A stretch of DNA of 64,000 nt from Desulfovibrio sp. (GCA_024683955.1 JAIKXS010000042.1:5681-69680); one strand, 5' to 3'. Positions 45,799-55,558 are shown, numbered from the stretch's first letter. Notes: a model not told the origin generated them from the sequence alone. Program-made: numbers and translations.

Positions 45799-47256
45799 AT
45801 GGTTATCGTCGATATTCTGATCTGGGTCGCGTATATTGCCGTCTTTATTTGGCTGTTCCGGAAGGGAAGCGGGCACGACGTCATGCTCTCCGGGAAGGTT
45901 GGTTTTGGCATTCAGGCATTTGCATTTGTAGCCACCTACATTTCTGCCGTCGCCCTCGTGGGCTTCGGCGGTCTGGCATACAAGTACGGCATGCAGATGC
46001 TGCTCATTGCAGCAGGAAATGTCTGGCTAGGGACCTGGATTGTTTACCGCTATCTCGCCTGGCCCACTCGTCTCTGCCAGCGAAATCTCGGGGCCCGTAC
46101 CCCAGTGCAGCTTTTGGCCAAAGGACATAGAAGTCCCCTGCTCGGACGCTGTCTGGCGCTGATCTTTGCCGTTTTCCTCGGCGTCTACGCCTCCGCCGTC
46201 ATCAAGGGTGCCGCGCTGCTGCTTGAACAGATCTTGCCCGTTCCCGCGGACATTCTTGTATGGGCCGTGGCGCTGCTTGTGGGACTTGCTGTCTTTGTGG
46301 GCGGACTCAGGGGCGTCTTATACACAGAGGCCATGCAGGGATTTGTCATGCTCATCGGAATCACCATGCTCATCTTTGCCGTTTTTGACAAAGTAGGCGG
46401 TCCTGTTTCAGGCATGCTCCAACTGGCAGCCCTTCCACCCACACAATCCGCGAATACAGGTTTCGTCAGTCTGGCAGCAGGCGGTGAAGGCTGGTTCATC
46501 ATATCACTCGTTATTGTCACCTCCGTTGCCGTATGGGCTCAACCACAGATGATCCAGCGCCACTTTGCACTGGCTTCCGCACACCAGGTGGAGCGTATCA
46601 CTCCATTGGCAATGTTTGTTCTAACGGTTCTCGTTGGCGGAGCCTACTATGTGGCCTCACTTGGACGTCTCTTCCTTCCGCCCATTTCGTCTCCCGACGC
46701 CGTCATGCCGACCATGGTCAAGATGCTGCTCCCCGATGTCGGCCTCCAGCTCTTTGTCCTTGCCATCGCGTCGGCCTCCCTCTCGACTGCCACCGCCATC
46801 TTTCACATCGCGGTCAGTGCCGTGGCCGAGGATCTGCCCGGATCCAAGGCAACACGACCCAGGTGGCTGTGCGGCATACTGTTCATAGTCCTGCTCAGCG
46901 CAGGCTGTGCACAAATCAAGGGCCAAATTATTGCCATGCTCTGCGCCACAAGTTGGAGCGTCGTGGGATCGGCTGTTCTGGTGTGTTATGTAGCCCTGGT
47001 ACGCTTCGGTCGCCGCAGTGCCCGTGCCGCCTGGACGAGTTTTATTCTTGGCTTTGGCAGCTGTCTTTTATGGTACCTGATGACGGACCGAAATTTTGCC
47101 GTTCTTCCTATGCCCTGGCCCTCCCTCGGCAAGATTCCTCCGTTTTTCGTAGGCTTCGGCTGTTCCCTTCTCGGATGGTGCCTGGGCTGGCTGGCTGATC
47201 CCGGGGCACGCAGGAATTCTCATTTCTGGTTGGATGCTCCCAGCGAAAACCATTAA
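45799..47256 (+). CDS. Sodium:solute symporter (SSS) family transporter
   Basis: 485 aa with about 13 hydrophobic helices and an SSS-like pattern. Substrate unknown. Confidence 0.85.
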   Translation: MVIVDILIWVAYIAVFIWLFRKGSGHDVMLSGKVGFGIQAFAFVATYISAVALVGFGGLAYKYGMQMLLIAAGNVWLGTWIVYRYLAWPTRLCQRNLGARTPVQLLAKGHRSPLLGRCLALIFAVFLGVYASAVIKGAALLLEQILPVPADILVWAVALLVGLAVFVGGLRGVLYTEAMQGFVMLIGITMLIFAVFDKVGGPVSGMLQLAALPPTQSANTGFVSLAAGGEGWFIISLVIVTSVAVWAQPQMIQRHFALASAHQVERITPLAMFVLTVLVGGAYYVASLGRLFLPPISSPDAVMPTMVKMLLPDVGLQLFVLAIASASLSTATAIFHIAVSAVAEDLPGSKATRPRWLCGILFIVLLSAGCAQIKGQIIAMLCATSWSVVGSAVLVCYVALVRFGRRSARAAWTSFILGFGSCLLWYLMTDRNFAVLPMPWPSLGKIPPFFVGFGCSLLGWCLGWLADPGARRNSHFWLDAPSENH

Positions 47257-47310
47257 GATCTCTCAGCACTGAAACGGCATCACGCCCTCACGAGACATCG
47301 CATCACGCCA

Positions 47311-47343
47311 ACGGCCCGAATCGAAGAACCCGATTCGGGCCGT
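47311..47343 (+). terminator. Strong hairpin after the symporter gene (terminator-like, no U-tract)
   Basis: Perfect 13-bp stem ACGGCCCGAATCG / CGATTCGGGCCGT with a 7-nt loop. It is followed by TCACATTCAC, so it is not a classical intrinsic terminator. Confidence 0.4.
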
Positions 47344-47543
47344 TCACATTCACTAGGAATTACTCTCCGACTAACCCATCCGGAAAGAAGTCAGAGCCAT
47401 CACGCAGCGAGAGACGTCAACGAAGGCATAGAGGCCATATTACAATCACGTATTACAAACATGATAAAAATATTTTTCAATATCACACCCGCCATATAGT
47501 ATTCTTTAGAAAATAAAATAATAAAACTGTAATTTTCTTCTAT

Positions 47544-47599
47544 CAATTCTGTATTCAAACAAGTCATTGCTGGCATTTGATATCCATAATACAGAATTG
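47544..47599. repeat. 12-bp perfect inverted repeat inside an AT-rich island
   Basis: CAATTCTGTATT (47544-47555) and AATACAGAATTG (47588-47599), with a 32-bp spacer. Confidence 0.7.
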
Positions 47600-47713
47600 T
47601 ATACCTCGTATATTAAAAAATTATTCTCCATATCCTTTCTTATTTCCAAAAATGTATACAGCGATGGCGATTAAGAAAGGAAAAAGTCCTCCAGCGGACC
47701 ATGGACCCGCGAG

Positions 47714-47742
47714 TTGACACTGAACACGAGCTGGGCTAAGTT
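47714..47742 (+). promoter_or_regulatory. Sigma-70-type promoter candidate for the ABC importer operon
   Basis: TTGACA (47714-47719), a 17-nt spacer, then TAAGTT (47737-47742). Confidence 0.45.
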
Positions 47743-47908
47743 GCAAAAATGTCCTTCGATGTACCTTATATTCTGCAAACCATTCTCGGCGGAACGACTC
47801 TTTTCGCTGCCCAGCCCTTTACCTGACGAGAGGCCAGGCAGGGGCAGGTAGTCCTTTTCGAGAATTTGCGAAGATAAGCAAGTCCGTCGTCATCTTCCCC
47901 TGTCTAAT

Positions 47909-47939
47909 AACGTGCAGTTCTGCACGTTTTTTTGTTTTT
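47909..47939 (+). terminator. Intrinsic terminator inside the ABC-operon leader (attenuator candidate)
   Basis: AACGTGCA / TGCACGTT stem with a 4-nt loop, followed by TTTTTTGTTTTTG. It ends about 40 nt upstream of ATG 47979. Confidence 0.7.
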
Positions 47940-47978
47940 GCTTCCATACAAAAGCAACACCGACACCAGGGGATCCAT

Positions 47979-48767
47979 ATGCCACATCAACCGTCTGAAA
48001 CCGCATCAGACGCAGGTTCAGCTTCTGTTCTCGCCATTACAGGTGTAGAGAAAACCTTTCTCACAAGCAGGGGAGAACGTCTAAAAGCTCTTGAAACGAC
48101 CAATCTTGAGCTCAAAGTCAACGAGTTCGTTTGTGTCGTCGGCCCCAGCGGATGCGGAAAATCCACGCTGCTGCGCATGACTGCCGGCCTTGAATCCTGC
48201 GAGACTGGCTCAATCAGCTTCATGGGGACACCTGTTGTTCGCCCCCGCCGAGAAATCGGCATGGTTTTCCAGGAATATTCCCTCCTGCCCTGGCGCAGTG
48301 TCCTTGATAATGTGGCAATGGGACCTGAATTTGCCGGGGGTAGCAGGGCCGACTGTGTGCGGGCAGCCGAAGAGTTTCTGCAGCTCGTCGGACTTTCAGA
48401 ATTTGCACAGAGCTATCCCCACGAGCTCTCGGGCGGAATGCGGCAGCGGGTTGCCATAGCCCGCGCGTTGGCAAACAGGCCGGAGTTGCTCCTCATGGAC
48501 GAACCATTCGGAGCCCTTGACGCACATACCCGAATCCTCCTCCAACGTGAACTCCTCAAGATCTGCCAAAAACACGCCACAACCATTCTCTTCGTCACCC
48601 ACAGCGTCGATGAGGCCGTCTACCTTGCAGACCGCATCGTAGTTATGAGCCCGAGGCCCGGAAGAATCAAAAGGATTCTTTCCGTTGATCTTCCACACCC
48701 GCGAAGCCGGGGGGATGCCAGATACGCGGCCCTCTCACAACACATACTGGAGCTTCTCGAATCATGA
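47979..48767 (+). CDS. ABC transporter ATP-binding protein (NitT/TauT family)
   Basis: 262 aa with Walker A GPSGCGKST, signature LSGGMRQR and Walker B LLLMDEP. Overall SsuB/TauB-like. Confidence 0.95.
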   Translation: MPHQPSETASDAGSASVLAITGVEKTFLTSRGERLKALETTNLELKVNEFVCVVGPSGCGKSTLLRMTAGLESCETGSISFMGTPVVRPRREIGMVFQEYSLLPWRSVLDNVAMGPEFAGGSRADCVRAAEEFLQLVGLSEFAQSYPHELSGGMRQRVAIARALANRPELLLMDEPFGALDAHTRILLQRELLKICQKHATTILFVTHSVDEAVYLADRIVVMSPRPGRIKRILSVDLPHPRSRGDARYAALSQHILELLES

Positions 48768-49600
48768 AAAGCTCCGTGCTCTCCTTTTTCCTTCCGGCAC
48801 TTGTCCCGGCAGCCGTGGTTGGAGCTTGGATCTACTGGGCTCCCGTCATCGACAACGAACTCCTCCTGCCGTCTCCCTCAAGCGTGGCCGCCATTCTTGT
48901 ACATCCGGCCGAACCCCTGCTCGCCATGGGATCTGTTGCCGTGAACATGCTCATGAGTTTTGCCAGAGTCGCTGTGGGCTTCACCGTTGGGACGATTCTT
49001 GGCATTGTTGCCGGTCTCGTCATGGGACGATTCAAGCTTGCGGACCGTATTCTCGGGCCCTTCCTCGAACTCTTCCGTCCAATTCCATCGCTTGCGTGGG
49101 TTCCCCTCCTCCTTGCCTGGTTCGGCATGGCCAGCGTCGCGGGACTTCTCGGAATAGATTCGGGACCCGTTTACCCCTATCTCGACAACCTTAAACTCTC
49201 CATGCTGTTCATCCTGATTCTCGGAGGTTTTTTTCCCACGTTTACCGGCACCTACCAGGGAGTTCGTTCTGTTCCACGAACCCTCGTCGAGTCATCCAGA
49301 GTTCTTGGCGCATCCGAATCCGACATCTTTTTCAAGGTGCTGCTTCCTGGTTCAGCGCCAGGAATTTTCAACGGCATACGCATCGGCATCACCCTGGACT
49401 GGTGCCACCTTGTAGCGGCTGAAATGCTTCCCGGAGCATCCAGCGGCATGGGCTATCTGATCTTTGATGCGCAGATGCTCGGACGTATGGACATCGTTAT
49501 TGCAGGAATGATTCTCATTGGGGCCACGGGGGCACTTCTCGACTACGGGTGCAGAGTGTTTGAACGAAAAAAACTCGGATGGAGCAGGGAGGTGCGCTAA
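48764..49600 (+). CDS. ABC transporter permease (NitT/TauT family)
   Basis: 278 aa, six hydrophobic helices, SsuC/TauC-like. Overlaps the ATPase stop by 4 nt. Confidence 0.9.
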   Translation: MKSSVLSFFLPALVPAAVVGAWIYWAPVIDNELLLPSPSSVAAILVHPAEPLLAMGSVAVNMLMSFARVAVGFTVGTILGIVAGLVMGRFKLADRILGPFLELFRPIPSLAWVPLLLAWFGMASVAGLLGIDSGPVYPYLDNLKLSMLFILILGGFFPTFTGTYQGVRSVPRTLVESSRVLGASESDIFFKVLLPGSAPGIFNGIRIGITLDWCHLVAAEMLPGASSGMGYLIFDAQMLGRMDIVIAGMILIGATGALLDYGCRVFERKKLGWSREVR

Positions 49601-49601
49601 G

Positions 49602-50450
49602 ATGAAAACTTCCCCCGGAACCTTTGCGGCTTCCTTTCTGGCTCCCCTGTGTCTGCCCGCGCTCCTGCTCATCGTATGGAGCATGGCGGCCAGAGAGATC
49701 AATACGCCTGTTATTCTCCCTGCCCCGGGAAGCGTCTTCGATCTCCTCGGTCATCCGCTTAACGATGTCATCGCAATGGGTTCCCTTCCTTGGAACATCG
49801 CCTTCAGTCTGACACGTGTGCTCATAGGTTTCAGCCTGGCAATTCTCGCCGGTGTGCCCCTCGGTATCCTCATGGGCTACAGCACTACCGCCGACCGTCT
49901 TTTCACAGGGATCGTATCCTTGCTGCGCGCGATTCCGCCCCTTGCATGGGTGCCGGTGGTGCTTGGCTGGTGCGGACTTGCCAGTCTGGAAACATTCTTT
50001 CGCCTTCCGGTGGGCCCTCTCTATCAGTTTTTACACAATATAAAGTGGTCCATGATCTGCATTATCTTCATAGGGGGCATCTACCCGGTGCTCACAAGTG
50101 CCATGCACGGAGTACGGCAGATACCACTGACGCTCGTTGAATCCGCACTGATGCTCGGTGCGGGAAAGCGTGATGTCTTTTTCAAGGTGTTTCTTCCGGC
50201 ATCAGTGCCGTCTATTGTCAGCGGGATGCGCATTGCCCTTGGCATGTCCTGGATGTGCGTTGTGGCGGCAGAAATGATGCCGGGCACACCGCTGGGGCTC
50301 GGCTGCATGATTATGCAGGCTTTTTCCATAGGTAAAACCGACGTGGTCATTGCGGGCATGATCTGTATCGGCGCAATCAGTTCCCTCATGGACTGGATAT
50401 TCCGACGTTTTGAGGCGCGCTTTCTGTTCTGGAGAAAAGACGTTCGCTGA
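49602..50450 (+). CDS. ABC transporter permease (NitT/TauT family), second copy
   Basis: Trimmed to MKTSPGTF (ATG 49602, 1 nt after the upstream stop). Paralogous to the preceding permease, sharing motifs such as ..LP.T.V.S...LGA...D.FFKV.LP...P.I..G.RI.. Confidence 0.9.
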   Translation: MKTSPGTFAASFLAPLCLPALLLIVWSMAAREINTPVILPAPGSVFDLLGHPLNDVIAMGSLPWNIAFSLTRVLIGFSLAILAGVPLGILMGYSTTADRLFTGIVSLLRAIPPLAWVPVVLGWCGLASLETFFRLPVGPLYQFLHNIKWSMICIIFIGGIYPVLTSAMHGVRQIPLTLVESALMLGAGKRDVFFKVFLPASVPSIVSGMRIALGMSWMCVVAAEMMPGTPLGLGCMIMQAFSIGKTDVVIAGMICIGAISSLMDWIFRRFEARFLFWRKDVR

Positions 50451-50522
50451 TATTCCACTGATGCACCCCGGCAAAGCCTGCGCAGGACATATTCTCACCA
50501 TCAACCTACAGGAGTTTTCCCA

Positions 50523-51617
50523 ATGTTGAAATTCCTAGCAAAACCGCTTGCAGCGGCACTGCTCTTTCTTCTTTCCTCCATGTCGGCCTCGGCGGCTGAT
50601 CTGCCAGTCATCCGCTTGGGGACGACCTTCATTCTCAACAACACATCCATCCTTGTTGCCATGAAAAAAGGTGACACCTATGTGCAGGACGGCTACTCCC
50701 TGCACGAAATCATCTACAAGGAAAAATATGAACTAAGAAAGGACGGCAAAGGAATAGCCGTTCTTGACTTCGTTTATGGCAAGGGTGGAGCGGATGTGGC
50801 CATGGCCATGAGCCAGAATAACGCCGACATGGGGGTATTCTCATTGTGCGCTGCGCTTTCCGCCCAGGACAAGGGGGTAAAAATTAAAATTGTCTCACCG
50901 TTTATCCTGGCCGTAGGCGCTCTCACCGTCCACAAGGACATACCTGCCAAGAACCTCGATGAGTTTGTCGACTACATCAGGAAATCCGGAAAACCTGTCA
51001 AAATCGGCTACCACAGCCCTGACAGCGCCCCAATCCTTATCACCCGCAGTTCCATGGCCTCTCTTGGTCTCTCAAGCACTGACGATCCATACGACACAAA
51101 GGCAAACATTCTGTATGTCAATCTCAAGGGACTTGGAAATGTGCAGGCATCTCTGGCAAGTCATCAGGTTGATGCATTTTCCGCTCCGGTGCCTCATCCC
51201 CAGCTGGCAGTCCAAAACGGGTACGGACGCATACTCCGCGAACTTCGAGAGCTTCCTCCCGACGGCAAATGGGCTCAATTTCCCTGTTGCACGGTTTCTG
51301 CAACGGAAACCTTCCTTGGTGCCCACCCAGAACTCGTCCAGCATGTAGTGAACTTTCTTGCAGCCTCAGGAAAATGGTGCACCGCAAATCCGGATGAGGC
51401 AAGCACTGTCGCCGGAAGCATGCTGGGACTTGACGCCAAGAATTGCCGAAAGGCCATGCCCGTCTATATAAGCCAGATGACGGAAAGCTGGCTTAAGGGC
51501 GTTGAGGCATCCATGAAGGTTCTCGATGAAACAGGCTACATTAAGAACAAGCTTAAGGGTAAAACCTTCAGCGACGTGAAGGATTCACTCATCGACTTCC
51601 GCTTCTGCATGAAGTAG
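50523..51617 (+). CDS. ABC transporter periplasmic substrate-binding protein (NMT1/THI5-like fold)
   Basis: 364 aa. Signal peptide MLKFLAKPLAAALLFLLSSMSASA, with SsuA/ThiY-like size and pattern. Ligand unknown. Confidence 0.8.
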   Translation: MLKFLAKPLAAALLFLLSSMSASAADLPVIRLGTTFILNNTSILVAMKKGDTYVQDGYSLHEIIYKEKYELRKDGKGIAVLDFVYGKGGADVAMAMSQNNADMGVFSLCAALSAQDKGVKIKIVSPFILAVGALTVHKDIPAKNLDEFVDYIRKSGKPVKIGYHSPDSAPILITRSSMASLGLSSTDDPYDTKANILYVNLKGLGNVQASLASHQVDAFSAPVPHPQLAVQNGYGRILRELRELPPDGKWAQFPCCTVSATETFLGAHPELVQHVVNFLAASGKWCTANPDEASTVAGSMLGLDAKNCRKAMPVYISQMTESWLKGVEASMKVLDETGYIKNKLKGKTFSDVKDSLIDFRFCMK

Positions 51618-51696
51618 GCGTCGGGGATATCCCGGATGGCGTTCCCCGTATCACCAAGCACCCTGAGAGATGGTCAAAACGGGAACGGATAACGGG

Positions 51697-51745
51697 AGAG
51701 GGCATCGAATGCGCAGGCATTCGATGCCCTCTTGTACTTCTTCTG
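51697..51745 (+). terminator. Intrinsic terminator after the ABC importer operon
   Basis: 16-bp perfect stem AGAGGGCATCGAATGC / GCATTCGATGCCCTCT, loop GCAG, then a T-rich tail TGTACTTCTTCTG. Confidence 0.7.
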
Positions 51746-52242
51746 AACAGAAAAAATCGTTCTAAACGGCAAAACAGTGCCACCAGGCACGAACGGCAGG
51801 GAAGAATCTCTTACTCTTGTCCGGGGATACAGGTCATGCCCTACAACGCAAGAAGACAAAAAAATTTACACAGGATTCCTTGTGCGTACGCTTTCCGCCG
51901 AGAGGTTCCGGCCATCAGCGGTATCCGTTCATCCTGTTCACGAGGGCATCAGCTGAAAAAGGCATACTGTCTCGACTTCCGCACACCTCAATACACGTAT
52001 TTTTCCATGGCGTTGCCGGAGGGAGGCAAGTTTCATCTCCATTCCCCTAATTTGGCTTTTCCCGGAACTTCGCGGACACGGCGCTCCTTCGCCGACTGAG
52101 GCTGAGTCTGAGACTCTTTATCAAAGGAGAGGTTTCAGTCCATTCTTTCACCTCGCCCTCACGAAACTCCCCACGATGTCTCCACGCATACAAGCTTGGT
52201 TTGCATCGGTGTACAACCTCGGACCCGCCCTCCCCGCAGCGC

Positions 52243-52276
52243 AAAAAAAAAACGGAAAACCTCGGTTTTCCGTTTT
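52243..52276 (-). terminator. Intrinsic terminator after gatA
   Basis: The minus strand reads AAAACGGAAAACC-ga-GGTTTTCCGTTTT followed by TTTTTTGC. Confidence 0.85.
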
Positions 52277-52300
52277 ATACACCATCAACAGCGTAAAACC

Positions 52301-53764
52301 TTACATTGACGGATTCCCAATTGACGGCAAAATGCGCTCCAAAGCGTGCCCTACAGCAAGGAGGTCCTCTTCAAAGAATGCCTTACCGATCAGCTGAACG
52401 CCAATGGGCATTCCGCTTTCCTTCCCAAGCCCTGCCGGCAAAGAGAGTCCGGGAAGTCCGGCGAGATTGAGGGAAAGCGTATACGCGTCCATGAGGTACT
52501 GGGCAAGAGGATCGTTGGCGTTTGATCCGTGATCCCAGGCCGCAACAGGCGATACGGGGGCTAAGAGGGCGTCACATTCTTGAAGAACACGTGTGAATTC
52601 ATCACGGATGATGCGACGAACCTGTGCGGCCCGCTTGAAATACGCATCATAATACCCGGAGGAAAGAACAAAGGCACCAAGCATGATCCTGCGTCTGACC
52701 TCTTCACCAAGACCCTCTGAACGCGAACGAACATACAAATCAAGGAGTTCCCTGCTCTCGGAAGCCCTGAAGCCAAATCGCACGCCATCGTACCGGGCAA
52801 GATTTGAACTGGCCTCTGCCATGGCGAGGATATAATAGGTTGCGATGGCGGCCTTCGTGTGCGGAAGGGAGACAAGCGAAATGCGTGCCCCCTCCTTCTC
52901 CGCACGAATTCTCACATCTTCAAAGACCTCGCGGACTTCAGAGGAGATGCCCTCACCCAAAAATTCCTGAGGAATGCCTAGACGGACTCCGTCAAGACCT
53001 TTGCGTCTTCCAAGGCCCGTGACATAGTCCGGCACGGGTCGGGGAGAGGAAGTCTGGTCGCGCTCGTCATGGCCGGCGATCACCTGGAGAACACGTGCAC
53101 AGTCCTCGACACTGCGCGTCAGAGGTCCGACCTGATCCAAAGAGGAAGCATATGCAATGACACCGTACCGGGAAACACGCCCGTAGGTCGGCTTCAGGCC
53201 GACACATCCGCAAAAGGATGCAGGCTGTCTGATCGATCCGCCAGTATCGGTCCCGAGGGAGGCAAAGCACTGGCCGGCCGCAACGGACGCGGCCGAGCCG
53301 CCCGAAGAACCGCCGGGAACCTTCTTCGGATTCCAGGGATTATTGGTCGGGTAATAGGCGGAGTTTTCCGTGGAACTCCCCATGGCGAATTCATCCATAT
53401 TCGCCTTGGCAAGCACTACTGCCCCGGCATCAAGAAGCTTATCCGTCACAAATGCGTTATATGGGGGAGAGAATTTCTCAAGCATTTTTGAGCCTGCCGT
53501 GGTCGGAAGGCCCTTTGTCAGAATGACGTCTTTAATTGTGACGGGAACGCCCCAAAGTGGCTTTGAACGGTCGGGTCCGCTTGCATCCAGCTCCCTTGCC
53601 TTTGTAATCGCCCCTTCGGCGTTTCTTGCAAGAAGCGCATGAAGTACCGGCTCGGTTTTTTCTATACGATCCAGACAGGACTGCACAACTTCAAGAACAC
53701 TCACGTCCTTTTGTTGAAGACGTTTTGCCACATCACTCATGGACGCATAACAGAGTTCACTCAT
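52301..53764 (-). CDS. gatA: Glutamyl/aspartyl-tRNA amidotransferase subunit A
   Basis: Trimmed to [16 protein letters not shown] (ATG 53764, GGAG RBS). Amidase signature GGSSGGSAA.. Confidence 0.9.
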   Translation of the reverse strand: MSELCYASMSDVAKRLQQKDVSVLEVVQSCLDRIEKTEPVLHALLARNAEGAITKARELDASGPDRSKPLWGVPVTIKDVILTKGLPTTAGSKMLEKFSPPYNAFVTDKLLDAGAVVLAKANMDEFAMGSSTENSAYYPTNNPWNPKKVPGGSSGGSAASVAAGQCFASLGTDTGGSIRQPASFCGCVGLKPTYGRVSRYGVIAYASSLDQVGPLTRSVEDCARVLQVIAGHDERDQTSSPRPVPDYVTGLGRRKGLDGVRLGIPQEFLGEGISSEVREVFEDVRIRAEKEGARISLVSLPHTKAAIATYYILAMAEASSNLARYDGVRFGFRASESRELLDLYVRSRSEGLGEEVRRRIMLGAFVLSSGYYDAYFKRAAQVRRIIRDEFTRVLQECDALLAPVSPVAAWDHGSNANDPLAQYLMDAYTLSLNLAGLPGLSLPAGLGKESGMPIGVQLIGKAFFEEDLLAVGHALERILPSIGNPSM

Positions 53765-53868
53765 TTTTTTGTTTCTCCAGCCCTTTGCCTCACGGGGAGG
53801 AAGGCTGCCTTCATCTTGTTTCCATCTCACTCCGCCCAGGACGGAGCCCCGAAGACCCCAGCAAAACG

Positions 53869-54159
53869 TCAAACAATACGCGGAACCGTAAAATACTGTT
53901 CATCTGACTCGGGCGCATTTTGGAGAAGCTCCTCCCGTGTCCGTGCATGAAAAGCGGTATCGGGCCGTGTCACACTTTCCTGATCTACAGGGCTGTACAG
54001 GGGCTCAACCCCATTCACATCAATATCCTGCAGCACATTCATATACTCAACGATGGCGGCAAACTGGCCGGCAAAAAGGCGTTCCTCTTCTTCGGTGACC
54101 GCAAGACGCGAAAGCGCTGCCATATGACGGACTTCTTCAATACCAATTTCAATACTCAT
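53869..54159 (-). CDS. gatC: Glutamyl/aspartyl-tRNA amidotransferase subunit C
   Basis: 96 aa with the typical GatC N-terminus (..[16 protein letters not shown]...F..Q...I..Y...L..ID..GVEP). Confidence 0.9.
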   Translation of the reverse strand: MSIEIGIEEVRHMAALSRLAVTEEEERLFAGQFAAIVEYMNVLQDIDVNGVEPLYSPVDQESVTRPDTAFHARTREELLQNAPESDEQYFTVPRIV

Positions 54160-54202
54160 AGCAAGCCTTTGTAGTTCCTTACAGGGACAAAAAATTCATT
54201 CG

Positions 54203-55558
54203 CTACTTCGCAGAAGGTCTTGCGGGCAGACGAAGCTTATAGGATGAGTGCGGGATGGTAGAAGGCGCGGGAGCAGGCTTCTGCGGGATTTCTGGCATGA
54301 CATCCCCCGAGTCCGGAGTACCCTTAAGTGGATCCGTTTCCCCGCCTACCTGCATGCGCATCATTGACTTGTCACGGCGTTCCGCCCGTTCCTTCATGAA
54401 GAGGGTTGTATCAACCCGTGCAATGCCATTGGGAGCAGCCTTATAGATAAAGAGTCGCTGATGTGCAACTCCGGCCGCATCCCAGCGGAAAGGAGCCAAG
54501 ACCCGCACTATAGAGGCGGCACGGTTGGCGTGGGTAGCAACCTCCGACGGGCTCAATTTCTCATGAATGCCGGTATTGAGGGCAAAATGAACAAAATCAT
54601 ATCCGAGAGAAATCCAGAAATCGTGGCCAAAGGATGCAAGCGCCGGCACATTCACGCCGGTGTTCCATGCCGAGGGAAAGACGCAAAGATTATATTTTTC
54701 AGCGTTGGCAAGACGTTTGCCGGAAAGGCTCTGTTCCCAGGGCATGGTGCCGAGAATCACAAGACGATCCTCGCCGTTGTAGGCGAAGGCATCAAGGATA
54801 TTCCCCACGTGCCTCCAGGAGGCAGGAAGAAAAAGTGCTTCGAAAGCGGTCTGAGGGACGGGCGTTGCGAGAGAATCCTCACCGATATTGGTAGGATTGA
54901 CCAGGACTTTGGCCTGGCGGCTCATGGATGCAACATCATTCCCCTGATAGGTGTTTTTCTGGAAGGCAAGATTTCTCCTTGCAACGGTCTTCTCAAAGAG
55001 CGAGACCATCTTGATGCTGTATGAATCCTGAGGGTAGAAGGCGCCGAAGGAGCGTATGCCAAGACGGTCCTGGGAAAAGGAGACAAGCGCGTCCACCTGG
55101 TCTTCGGGACTTGGGAAAAAACGCCAGGCGATACGCCCCTCGTCGTTGGCGTTCAAATTATTCAGAAAGGCAAAGAGGACCTTGTTCTGCAGAACAGGGG
55201 ATGTTCTGAGGCTGTTGTATATCTTTTGCTGAAGAGGGCCGCCGACAACGACAAAACGCTCCGGGAGAGCCTGGAGCTTGGCGAGCCAGTCCTGCGCACT
55301 GGTATCAATGACCGCGAGTTCAATTTGAACCCCTTCGGTCGCAAGTTCTTTTCTGGCCGCATGGGCGCCCTGGATGATCTTGCTCGCGATAGTGGCATGT
55401 GGGCCTGAAGTTGGAAGAAGCAGGGCTAATGCACGGCCGTCACCGGCCTTTTTATCTTTTTTCGGGGAGAACGGCATCTGACAAGCCGTCAGGGCAAGGG
55501 TCAAGCTCACTATCAGAGCCAGACAACATCTTGACATTGTTCGCACACACCCTTGCAT
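54203..55558 (-). CDS. Lipoprotein with type-I periplasmic-binding fold, LpoA-like (penicillin-binding protein activator family)
   Basis: Trimmed to MQGCVRTMSRCCLALIVSLTLALTAC (lipobox LTAC; GGAGG RBS). The LLLPTSGPHA..I..GA..A......V....IDTS pattern resembles the LpoA C-domain. The C-terminal tail is Pro-rich. Confidence 0.6.
   Translation of the reverse strand: MQGCVRTMSRCCLALIVSLTLALTACQMPFSPKKDKKAGDGRALALLLPTSGPHATIASKIIQGAHAARKELATEGVQIELAVIDTSAQDWLAKLQALPERFVVVGGPLQQKIYNSLRTSPVLQNKVLFAFLNNLNANDEGRIAWRFFPSPEDQVDALVSFSQDRLGIRSFGAFYPQDSYSIKMVSLFEKTVARRNLAFQKNTYQGNDVASMSRQAKVLVNPTNIGEDSLATPVPQTAFEALFLPASWRHVGNILDAFAYNGEDRLVILGTMPWEQSLSGKRLANAEKYNLCVFPSAWNTGVNVPALASFGHDFWISLGYDFVHFALNTGIHEKLSPSEVATHANRAASIVRVLAPFRWDAAGVAHQRLFIYKAAPNGIARVDTTLFMKERAERRDKSMMRMQVGGETDPLKGTPDSGDVMPEIPQKPAPAPSTIPHSSYKLRLPARPSAK

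Noticed and set aside
47506-47631. 41-codon minus-strand ORF inside the AT-rich island
   Set aside because: The only purine-rich stretch ends 2 nt before the ATG, which is poor SD spacing. The composition simply reflects AT-rich DNA, and there is no TM helix or recognisable motif. It is kept only as a note under the AT-rich island finding.
47700-47978. Assignment of the ABC-operon leader to the TPP or guanidine-I (ykkC) riboswitch classes
   Set aside because: Fragments resemble pieces of these consensus sequences (ACCTGA..CCAGGC..AGGGG; CGGCGGAAC; GACGAGAGG), but they are in the wrong order. The invariant elements (CUGAGA and the ACCUGAUCUGGAUAAUGCCAGCG core; ACGGCGGGA...CCCGGGAGA) are absent.
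53765-53872. gatA start at ATG 53872, which overlaps the gatC stop by ATGA
   Set aside because: The overlap is attractive, but the extra 36 residues ([22 protein letters not shown]..) are not GatA-like, and ATG 53764 has a good GGAG RBS. The choice of start remains uncertain.
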